Positions 54,637-64,000 of a stretch of DNA of 64,000 nucleotides are shown piece after piece. Source of the DNA: Gordius albopunctatus. Taxonomy: Eukaryota. The translations under genes and the position numbers were made by a program. Where the stretch lies: the NCBI GenBank assembly GCA_964276515.1, contig OZ193910.1, positions 8,494,001 to 8,558,000 on the forward strand. The letters run 5' to 3'. The notes beneath the pieces were generated by a model. That model made no database searches. It was not told the origin of the DNA and saw only the letters and a program-made list of their open reading frames with translations. Position 1 is the first letter of the stretch; every line of letters begins with the position of its first letter.

Positions 54637-55658
54637 ATGTATACTATGAAAGTTCGTAATAATGAAAGCCCTAGGGCATCCTCCGTAAACGACGCGCATG
54701 GTAGACGCCCGTATCATGTGAAAAGTCAACGAGGGTCACTACATCTTCCGCAAACGGATTTAGTTAAAGAAACTAGTTTGCTAAGGACGAGATTGAGAGT
54801 GGACTCGCTAAATGTTGTAAAGATGACTGCAAAATGCCGAGAGGTTGCTGACACCCTCAGCAAGCGACGGGTCGATATAGCGTGTATACAGGAAACAAGA
54901 TGGAAAGGCGCAAAAGCAAGGATGATAGGTGAAGGCTATAAACTTTACTTCAATGGCCTAGAAACGAATAAAAATGGCGTGGCTATCATATTAGCTTCCC
55001 ATCTGCAAGATAAAGTCATTGAGGTACAAAGAAAAAGTGGGCGACTCATGATTTTGAAACTATGCATAGAAGGTCAAATGATTAATGTAGTTTCCGGATA
55101 TGCTCCGCAAACAGGATGCACAGATGAAGAAAAGGAGGACTTTCGGGAAGAATTAGACGAAACGCTGTAAATGATTGATGCGGAAAAACCGAGAAAAATC
55201 TCGCTATCGTCTCGAAAAACCGAGACGAGAATTTTTACCTCGAGAAGAGACGATATTTTATGGTCGAGATCTCGGCTTTTTATTTTTAACTATTGAGACT
55301 TAATTTAGCTAATTAAAATTTTTTATTTTATTACATTTAGGATATTAAATGCAAATTAATATAATTTGAAACTTTTGATACTAAGGCACCTAATTATCTG
55401 CTTCGTGTGAATTTTAAATTTGTAATATAATTTTATTCAATAGACAACATGTGGCCTTAGAGTATATGAACAATTAATTATGCCTTTATTACTTATTTGT
55501 ATATCATTATTATATGATATAAAAATTTCAGACCTGTAATTAATTATGCGCAACAAGTTCACCATCCAACTCAAAAAAGAGCAAGTTGCTCAAAAATTTC
55601 ACAAAATCCAAGGATGAATCAAATAAAATGTGGAAGTGTAAATTGTGCTTTAAAGTAG

Positions 55659-58600
55659 TAAGACTGGGCGTCGGTATAGTGCTATCGGAAGAATTTCAGC
55701 AAACTGTCGTCGAAGTTAAAAGAATCAATGACAGAATTATGGCGATACAGCTTTGTTATAAATCTACTATGGTAAACGTTATATCAGCATACGCCCCTCA
55801 ATGTGGATGCTCTTAGACGGAAAAAGAGTCTTTTTGGAAGGAGCTTGAAGATGTTCTATCCCAATTCGGTAAAGAAGGAATAATAATTATCGGAGCGGAC
55901 CTCAATGGTCACGTGGTAAAATCAAGGGGAGGATTTGAAGGAAATCACGGTGGTTGGGGTTACGGCCTAAGAAATGAAGGAGGTACGGAAATTCTAGAAA
56001 TTGTTCAAGCTTTTGACCTAGCTATAGGAAATACCTTCTTAAAAAAGAGGCAGGAATATCTTATAACGTACAAAAGCGGCAGCCGTACCACTCAGATAGA
56101 TTTCTTTCTAGTCAACAGAGCGCACTTAAAGTATGTTCTAAATGTTAAGGTAATACCGAGTGAAATATTGGCCTGCCAACACAAGCTGTTGGTGATGGAG
56201 TTTATATTCAAGGGCCTTAAAGGGCAAAAGGTACAAAGAGTAGCCGCTACTATATAATGGAGGAAACTAAAGGATAATATTCAAAATTTTCAGGAACAAG
56301 TAATTAAACATGCTGAATTTAAGGAAAATACTTCATGTGAGGATCAATGGAATGGTATAGCTGTCACAATGCAAAAAGCGGGACGACAAATACTAGGTGA
56401 AAGCAAGCCCACTAAAAGAATTAATGAAGAAGTGCAAAAATGTATCAAGGAAAAGAAGGGATCGTACAAAGTTTGGTATAAAAGCAAGGATAGTAATGAT
56501 AAGCAAGCTTACCAAGTAGCTAAAAGATCGGCTAAAAAATTCGTAGCGAAAGCTAAAAACAAGGTATACGACGATATAAATGTAAAACTAAACTCAAAGG
56601 AAGGAGAAAGATTGATCTACAAAATCGCAAAGTCAAAGGCCCGAAATTCTAAAGATTGGCAATCCGGCATCCACGATCGAGCTGCAACAAAACTTCAACC
56701 TCTTAAGACCTCTAGCAATACGTGTCTGACTGCTGTGACAAGTTGCCTACCTACCTGTGTGTTTCTACGAGGAAAAACATGATGTTCTACTACACCTCTA
56801 CATAGACAACAACAACGTCTGCCGAACGCCCGTCCACTGCTGCGCATGGCCCTAATCACAAAACCCATCTCAACATCAACACCACATGGCCTCTTGCAAC
56901 GAGCAAAGACTACGTTCGGCAAAACAATGACACCTACTACCAACGTTCTCACCACCGCTTACCGGTTTAGTTGATGACCGATTGCAATTCCAATATAGAT
57001 ACCTCTGCCCGCGGCATGTATCTTATTAATATATTGGATAGCACCACAACAACATACACGCAACTCACACCTCGGTCACCTCACTAACAACTACGGTAGG
57101 CGGAAACAAAACTGGCTGGTAGTACGAACATCCTTTACACATACTTTACATCAACAAAAAAATTTTTCAATTTTAAGTAACGCTCCACCTCTACGAAGGG
57201 GACTATTTGTGGCGGCCATATACTACAAAGATGGTACGACTATTATAGCGATTTATCAATTGAAAAGGGGCCCGTAGTCGAAGACACTAACCAGGAAAAT
57301 ACAATAGGAGAATTAAACACAGCGGACTGGATCACGGAAACGGAAGTGATAGTTGCTATGGGTAAATATAAGTCAGGAAAAGCTCTTGGACCCGACAATA
57401 TACCAATAGAGGGCTTCAAAGCGTTAGGCAATACTGGTGCACAATTCCTCGCCAACCTTTTCAACAATATCTTGAAAACGGGTAAAATGCCTAACGAGTG
57501 GAGGGATAGCTACATGATCCCGATATACAAGATGAAAGGGGACATTCAGGATTGCAACAATTACAGAGGGATAAAGCTTATGAGTCACACTTTAAAGGTG
57601 TGGGAAAAAGTGATCGAAAAACGGCTTCGGAGTATGGTTTAAATTCGAGATAACCAATTCGGATTTATGCCGGAGAGGTCTACAGCAGACGTTCTAAACA
57701 GTGTTAGAAGATTAATGGAACGGTTTAAAGAAAGGGAAGAGGATTTGCACATGTGTTTCATCGTTCTAGAAAAAGCGTTTAATAAAGTTCCTCATAATTT
57801 AGTTTGGAAATATCTTGAAGAAAGCAATGTGCCAGAAGTATACGTCAGAGCAATAAAGGATATGTACAAGGGAAATAGAACGTAGGTTAGAACAACGGTG
57901 GGGACTACAAAGGGCTTTGCCATTAATATTGGAGTCCATTAAGGTTCAGCTCTTAGTCCCTTCCTATTCATAATGATAATGGATAATATTACCAAGGATT
58001 TGGGCGAGGAAGCTCCTTGGGCAATGATCTTTGCAGACTATATAATCCTCTGTGCCAAAAGTGAACAAGAATTGGCTAATACTGTAAATAGATGGGTAAA
58101 TGCAATAGAAGAAAGTGGTCTCAGGGTAAATCGAAAGAAAACAGAATACATGAAGACAAAGTTTAAATCGGATGAAAACCAGCAAAGTGCAACCCTTACT
58201 TTAGGCGATTGGCAACTTACAAGTGTGGATTCCTTCAAATATTTAGGATCAACACTTCAATCGGATGGTGGAATGGATAAAGAAATCCAAGCAAGGATAA
58301 ATTCCGGATCGCTCAAGTGGAGGGACCTGACAGGTGTTCTGTGCGACAAAAACATCCCGAGAAGACTAAAAGCAACAGTCCTGTATAGCTCGGAATCATG
58401 GGCTATACGTAAAAGAGACGAGCAACGTCTTGCGGCCATGGAGCTAGGACTAAGCAAAAAGGACCATAGGCGAAATGAAGAAATAAGAAGAATTTTGGGT
58501 ACTACATCAATTGCGACAAAGCTCCTAACAAATAGACTAAGATGGTATGGCCATGTCGAAAGAAGGCAGGATAGCTACGTAGGAAAGAATATCGAGATGA

Positions 58601-58784
58601 TAAATTTCGCAGGAAAACGAAAGAGAGGAAGATCAAAGCTTACCTGGATTCATAAAATGCGGCATGATATGAAAGTCCACAAGATAAAGAAAGATCCATG
58701 TAAACATAGAAACAAATTGAAACGAATGCTGAAAGGACTGACCACCAGCCTAGGTGACAAGCAGTCATAGAAAGAAGAAGAAGA
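55659..58784 (+). mobile_element. RTE-clade non-LTR retrotransposon copy B, 5'-truncated, decayed
   Basis: Endonuclease part (GVGIVL..SAYAPQ..IGADLNGHV..NTFLKK..IDFFL), RT (GPDNIP, NYRGIKL, FGFMP, GSALSPFLF, FADY for YADD, FKYLGS) and RLRWYGHV. Stop at 58770 followed by a (gaa)n tail at 58771-58784. Candidate TSD tttaaagtag (55649-55658) / tttaaaagtag (58787-58797). Confidence 0.9.
56663..57222. mobile_element. ~560-bp C/A-rich foreign insertion in RTE-B, possibly the 3' fragment of an LTR element
   Basis: The RTE frame breaks after SKDWQ and resumes at QRWYDYYSDL. Near the end of the insert, purine-rich gaagggga is followed by TGTGGCGG, like a PPT plus LTR start. Confidence 0.35.
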
Positions 58785-60201
58785 TTTTTAAAAGTAGAGA
58801 CGAGACTTTTCTAGGCCGAGACGAGATCGAAACACTACAGAGCTGAGATAGTTATAATTGGAGCGGATATGAATGGTCAAGTAGGCAAAACAAGAGAAGG
58901 ATTTAAACGGTACCATAGTGGAAATGGATACGGAGCGAGAAACGATGAAGGCGACGAAATATTGAAAATAACCGTAGCATTTGATTTGGCCATCACAAAT
59001 ACCTTCTTCAAAAAGAATGTAAATCACCTAATAATGTACAAAGGTGGAAATCGATCTTCGCAGATTGACTTCCTCCTAATATCAAGAAAGGAATTAAAGA
59101 ATGTACGAGATTTTAAGGTGATGCCAGGGGGAGCTATTGCAGCCCACCATAGACTTGTTGTGATGGACTATACCATCTCCAAGGCTAAAACACAAAAGCC
59201 GAAGAGATTAAATGGGAAAATCAAATGGTTCCGACTACCAAAATTGAAAGATATTTACAATGACCAAATAGTTGAAAGGCTGTAAATAGATGATCAGCAG
59301 AATGCTAACGATATGTGGAATAACATAGCTAACACAGTACGATCAGTAGCGAGATGTGTTCTAGGAGAAGGTAAACCAGGTATACAAAAAGATAAGGAGA
59401 CATGGTGGTGGAACGAAGACGTGCAACGCCTGGTCAAGTTGAAAAGAAAGCTTTACAAATTATGGCCAGGCAACAGAAATGAAGAAATACGTTTGCCATA
59501 TGCGAAGGCTAAAAACGAGGCAAAACATTGTGTAGCCAAGGCTAAAAAAGAGGCCTACGAGAATTTAAATGCCAAGTTAACTAGTAAAGAATGATCTACA
59601 AAATCGCAAAGACCAGGGCAAGGAACTCAAAGGATGTGGTAAACGTGAAATCTATAAAGAGCAAGGAAAACATCAGCCTATCTATGGACCATGAAATCAT
59701 AGATCGTTGGGAAGAATACTATAAATATAAACAGTGAAAATGTGTTTTCGGACAACTGCGAAAGCAAGACCTATGAATATGACCCAGAGTTAGAAGTGAC
59801 AGAGCAAGAGGTTGACAAGGTGCTTAAAAAGATGATCATTGGTAGAGCGGTGGGGCCTGATAATATACCTATGGAAGCTTTTAAAATTCTAGGACCCTTA
59901 GGTGTACATCTACTTGCAAAACTGTGTAACAAAATACTTGCAAGTGGTATGATGCCTGATGAATGGAGGGAAACCTATGTTATACCTATCTATAAATTGA
60001 AGGAATGCAACAACTATCGAGGGATAAAGTTAACGAGTCACGTAATGAAGGTGTGGGAAAAGGTTATAGAAGCTAGACTCCGAAAAATAATATCAATAGA
60101 TGAACGATAATTTGGGTTCATGCCTGGAAAGTCGACTTCAGATGCAATACATGGTCTTAGGAGACTTATGGAATTATATAAGGAAAAACAAAAGGATCTT
60201 C

Positions 60202-61053
60202 ATTGTATCCGATAATGGACCTCAATTTGTTGGTGGTGAATTCGCTAAATTTTGCTCAAACAATAACATTAAGCATATATTCTCTTCACCTTACCACCCG
60301 AAAACAAATGGATTAGCAGAACGAACAATTCGGACATTAAAATCTAGATATTATGCTGCAAGGAAAGAAGTAGGGATAAGGAAATTTTTCTACTACAAAT
60401 ACTACTGACCTATCGAAATACGCCTCATAATACTACAGATAAAGCTCCATCAAAAATGCTAATAGGAAAAAGATTAAGGACGGCGATAGATTTAATTCGA
60501 TTTGATCCTAGGGATAAATGGATAGAAAGAGTGGCAAAGCAAAAATTTTATCATGATCGTAAAATCAAAATTCGGGAATTCAGGTCGAGCGATCTTGTAT
60601 GGATTAAAAATGAAATAAAAACCGGTTGGTATAAAGGCGTAATTGCTTAGCGAAAAGGGGAACATTCTTAGTGTACGAACTGATAATGGTTTCCGTAGAA
60701 AACACGCGGATCAATTAAGATCTAGATATAGGTATGGAGTTATACCAACGACAGAGAATAGAACCGATGTTAGTAACGTACCGAATATTAAACCGGAGGT
60801 TCAATTAGAAGCTACTACTTTAAGGTCAAATAGAAGACCGATACCGCCTTTACGGTATCATGATGAGTACGATTACGATCTTTAAGATAAGGAGAAATGT
60901 AATGATTGTGTATTTGTATGATATACGTTTTATTATTAATACTTTTAAGTTCGATATATATATGTGTTTTTTGTTACATGTGATCTAAATTAGAATAATA
61001 AAAATTACCATTTTGAGAGACCTAGATATAAGATAATATCTAATATATTATCA
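60202..61053 (+). mobile_element. Ty3/Gypsy LTR retrotransposon 3' remnant: integrase core/C-terminus, PPT and 3' LTR
   Basis: IVSDNGPQFVGGEFAKFC..HIFSSPYHPKTNGLAERTIRTLK (integrase D..E core), then YRNTPH, KQKFYHDR and RRKHADQLR. PPT aagataaggagaaa precedes the LTR. Confidence 0.88.
60898..61053 (+). repeat. Short (156-bp) 3' LTR
   Basis: Begins TGTAAT immediately after the polypurine tract, ends ATTATCA, and contains aataaa. The RTE-A frame (EKAIDK) resumes right after it. Confidence 0.75.
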
Positions 61054-62024
61054 TGAGAAAGCTATCGATAAAATGCCAAGGCAGTTGATATGGGATAGCC
61101 TGAGTTCCAATGGTGTACCCGACGCTTATATAATGTTAATAAAGGATATGTATAGAATTCGGTCTAAATGTCGGTGTGCATCAAGGATCGGTCCTAAGTC
61201 CATTGCTCTTCATAACAATAATGGATTCGATAACGAAGGACCTGAAACGCGAATCACCTTGGGCAATATCGTCCTTTGCGCAGGCCCAAACGTGGAATTA
61301 GTAGAGCAGGTAAAAGTGTGGATGGAACGAATTGAAAGCTCAACCGAGATAAAAATTAATATGTATGCTTGGAATCGGGGAATGAATACAAGGAAACACA
61401 CCTGCAATTCGATGACTGGTGTTTAAGCAGTAGTATATAATTCAAATATCTTGGTTCTAGGGTACAATGTGATGGAGGTGTGGAAAACGAAATTAAGTCA
61501 AGAATAAACGCAGGCTGGTTAAAATTCAGGGAGTTGAGTGGTGTCCTATGTGACAAGCACATACCACTCATATTGAAAGGACGGTTATAACACCGTTATT
61601 GTACCCACGGTATTGTATGGAGCGGAAACCTGGGCAATTAGGGCAAAAGAGGAGCAAAGCTTGGCTACAATGGAGATGCAAATGTTAAGATGGATCTTGG
61701 GAATAAGCAAAAAAGACCATATAAAGGAATCAACAAATAAGGGATAAACTAAATGTAGTTCTAATTCAGAGAAAGTTGGTGGTAAGAAGATTGAGATGAT
61801 GACCATTTGGAGAGACGGGAGGAAAGTCACTTGGCAAATCGTATCAAGAAAGTGCAAGTCAAAGGTAAGCGAAAGAGTAAAGTGACATGGAAGCATAAAA
61901 TAGATATGGACTTGAGAAGGTACGAGCTAAAGCGAAGCTGGTGTAAGTGCAGGAATACATGGAGAACCTACTTGAAGAAGCTGACCACTAAATGTGACAA
62001 ACAGCTATAGGAAAAAAATCTTTC

Positions 62025-62138
62025 CATGGGCGTAGCAAGCATTTTAGAGGGGGAAATAATGATTTAGGGAGGGAAAAAATGATCATTTTTCTAATCTACA
62101 GCAGCCCCTCCCTGCCGCCGCCCTTGGCTACGCCCATG
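62025..62138. mobile_element. 114-bp hAT-type MITE
   Basis: Perfect 12-bp TIR catgggcgtagc ... gctacgcccatg. The flanks aatctttc and tatctatc match at 6/8 (decayed 8-bp TSD). Confidence 0.75.
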
Positions 62139-62943
62139 TATCTATCTACGATTGATTAAGTAGTCGTTCACAATGCGCCTATGAATTACAAAGCTATATA
62201 GACATAACGTAACGTAACCTGCGCATGACAGGTATTCTTAGAATGTTGCTTAAGAATTGCAGAGCAATTAAGATAACTGCGTTTCTTAGATTTATATTCA
62301 AGCAGGAAATAACATAAAAAGGTGACTATTTTTTATTAAATTTTTAATATATTAGCAACCTAGGTTCAGTGTCTCTCGCTTTCCTCAAACAAATCGGAAA
62401 AGCGATGATGAATTCTTCTTTAGAACCTAAGGAATTCCTCTGCATCAGGCAAATATCACTATGGAAATCGTCAAATCAAACACGATTTCTACCAATTAGT
62501 TTTTAACGCGTTTTCTTTTGTAGTATTTTATTTACCAATGTATTTTACCCATTAGATACTTTTATTAATTAATTATGGTAATAAATTATTTCTATATTTT
62601 TTATAAACACTAAACTTTGAATGACAAAAATGTTAAGCACTAAAGTGAGTTGTATTTGTCTAAGGCTATAGCGATATTTTTTATTTTTTTTTGTTTATTT
62701 GTTTAAAATCAGTTGACAGTAATATAATAAAAATCCATAAAATACAAAAACAAAATGCGTCAAATAATATAATAAAAATAAGCTATTATGATATAGCATC
62801 ATCGAGAGGATATTCTAAAATTGACTTCGAAATCAGTAAGATTAGGTATTCGTCCTCCCGGGCAGCATATCGCTAGCTGCTTTTATATCCCTTTATAAAT
62901 CGGTCGAAAATTTAAATTTTAATCTCACAGTCACAACACATGC

Positions 62944-63545
62944 AGACCCTCTGCTAACTCAAGCTTTAGAATTTGAATGTCACGCCCGAGATCATTCAAC
63001 CTCAAAGTACGAGACAGAAGGATTGGGATTTTGGACTTGTATCGCCTGGACTTGTATCACGCTCCGTTGATTACCTTCTATAGAGCTGCGGTGATAGCCA
63101 GCACAACCTTGGGTCCCTCGCTTTTGATGGTTCAGGGTCACGAGTTGAAGCCTATCCCACCAAGCTTTTGGGAATGCTGCTTGATGACTTTGAGCTTTCA
63201 TATTCCATAGCTTTAAAATTGGTGATTGTTACACCAAAGAGTTCTCTTGTCGGAATTGTCTTACCATAGTAGACGAATATGCCAGGCACCCTCAACACTG
63301 CCTAGCAAACAAATAAAAATATGTTAGGCACACTAACGCCAATTAATTAATTCAAGCTGCTCTTAAAAAGGCTAAAATCCCTTCAATTCTAAAGCCATCG
63401 GATCCATCTCTGGAAGGTAGGATGCGCCCTAAAGGCTCTTCTCGAGTCCCCTGGAAAAATGGCCTATCCTTTAAATGGGATTTCACTTGCATTGACTTAT
63501 TTGCCCCTTCCCATTTTAATTACAACCCTATCGCTACCGCACGAA
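62944..63545 (+). mobile_element. CRE-like non-LTR retrotransposon 3' fragment (zinc knuckle plus restriction-like endonuclease), decayed
   Basis: Broken frames give SGSRVEAYPTKLLGMLLDDFELSYSIALKL..FSCRNCLTIVDEYARHPQHC..YVRHTNAN*LIQAALKKAKIPSILKPS..RMRPKG..PWKNGLSFKWDFTCIDLFAPS. This matches the CxxC..H..C / RH / IPSxLEP / RPDG / PW..G..WD.T..D pattern of REL-type LINEs. Confidence 0.75.
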
Positions 63546-64000
63546 AATCCGTGAACGATTCAAAATTTTATCTGGCTATAAGAATGCCAAGTTTTTGTTT
63601 CACTAGATGGTACCAAATGTTTATACGGGGGAGAACGTCTTCTTACCTCTCTATAAAAAACTAAGGCATATTTGCCAAAGGAGCCTCAACACGAAGCGAT
63701 CAATGGAATAAAAATGTTTGAGGCTAACAGGGCTTTGTATTTATTGGTTTTTCGCCCCACGGCAACAATTAAGGAATCATTGCTGTTCTTAGAGGGGGCA
63801 TATAGGTCAATACAGGTGAAGTCCCATTTTAGGTGAAGCGATGGCTCCTAGATGGATAGGATCTTTGCCCTCTTAATAGCACTTTAAATTAAAGCATTGG
63901 CCTTATTGTGCCGAACATATCTACGAGTGTGCTACAATTTCGAGAAATAAATGGCTTGGGAAATTTCATCCCTAGTCTGTACAAAAGTTCCGGGTCGTCC
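63541..64000 (-). mobile_element. Second CRE-like endonuclease fragment in opposite orientation, continuing beyond the window
   Basis: Minus strand reads DDPELLYRLGMKFPKPFISRNCSTLVD..YVRHNKANALI*SAIKRAKILSI*EPS..LKWDFTCIDLYAPS..RKTNKYKAL..FIPL..GSFG..QKLGILIAR, homologous to the plus-strand copy. Confidence 0.75.

Larger units (their letters stand above)
55179..58837 (+). mobile_element. Internally deleted hAT-like DNA transposon inserted in RTE-A, itself hosting RTE-B
   Basis: ccgagacgag-type subterminal repeats occur at both ends (55190-55276 and 58797-58830). The right terminus is gatcgaaacacta. A BED-finger-like segment SKKSKLLKNFTKSKDESNKMWKCKLCFK lies at 55571-55654. Excising 55179-58837 restores the RTE-A frame (MID-RAEIVIIGAD). 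Confidence 0.7.
54281..62018 (+). mobile_element. RTE-clade non-LTR retrotransposon copy A, near full length, decayed, split by nested insertions
   Basis: 5' leader, then APE endonuclease (DIACIQETRWKG, YAPQTG; 54637-55178). It resumes at 58838 (RAEIVIIGADMNGQVG..NTFFKK..IDFLL..DFKV..HRLVV), then ETWWWNE and RT (GPDNIP, NYRGIKL, DLHCI). After the Gypsy insert it continues EKAIDK, VGVHQGSVLSPLLF, LYGAETW; the YADD motif is deleted. Stop at 62010, followed by an A-rich tail. Many stops and frameshifts. The 5' boundary is approximate. Confidence 0.9.

Noticed and set aside
55586..55816. Novel BED-finger/endonuclease fusion protein
   Set aside because: Explained by RTE-B inserting into a hAT remnant; short and followed by stops.
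56695..61896. Minus-strand ORFs overlapping the RTE/insert region
   Set aside because: Antisense shadows of retrotransposon coding sequence with no independent protein features.
62340..62900. Candidate upstream AP-3 mu exon or ORF 62691-62876
   Set aside because: The translations I checked show no mu3 motifs (e.g. WR..G.KY..NE.YFD); the sequence is AT-rich and low complexity.

Overview
AT-rich eukaryotic (animal-like) genomic DNA with two parts. (1) Positions 1-49196 are an uninterrupted head-to-tail satellite array of about 143 monomers of ~342-346 bp. It has local higher-order repeats and spatially layered variant types. Each monomer carries a conserved 8-bp-stem hairpin and traces of an ancestral ~172-bp dimer. 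(2) Positions 49197-64000 hold the last three coding exons of an AP-3 complex mu subunit gene (minus strand, stop codon 665 bp from the array), including a 36-nt intron. The large introns are packed with decayed transposons. These include a nest of RTE-clade LINE > hAT (BED finger) > second RTE > unknown insert, a Gypsy integrase plus 3' LTR remnant, two related hAT-type MITEs and two tail-to-tail CRE-like (restriction-like endonuclease) LINE fragments. The most unusual signals are a highly structured RTE 5' leader with a textbook kink-turn, a covarying RTE 3' stem-loop, and the architecture and junction of the satellite. All calls are from reading by eye; no database searches or folding programs were run.
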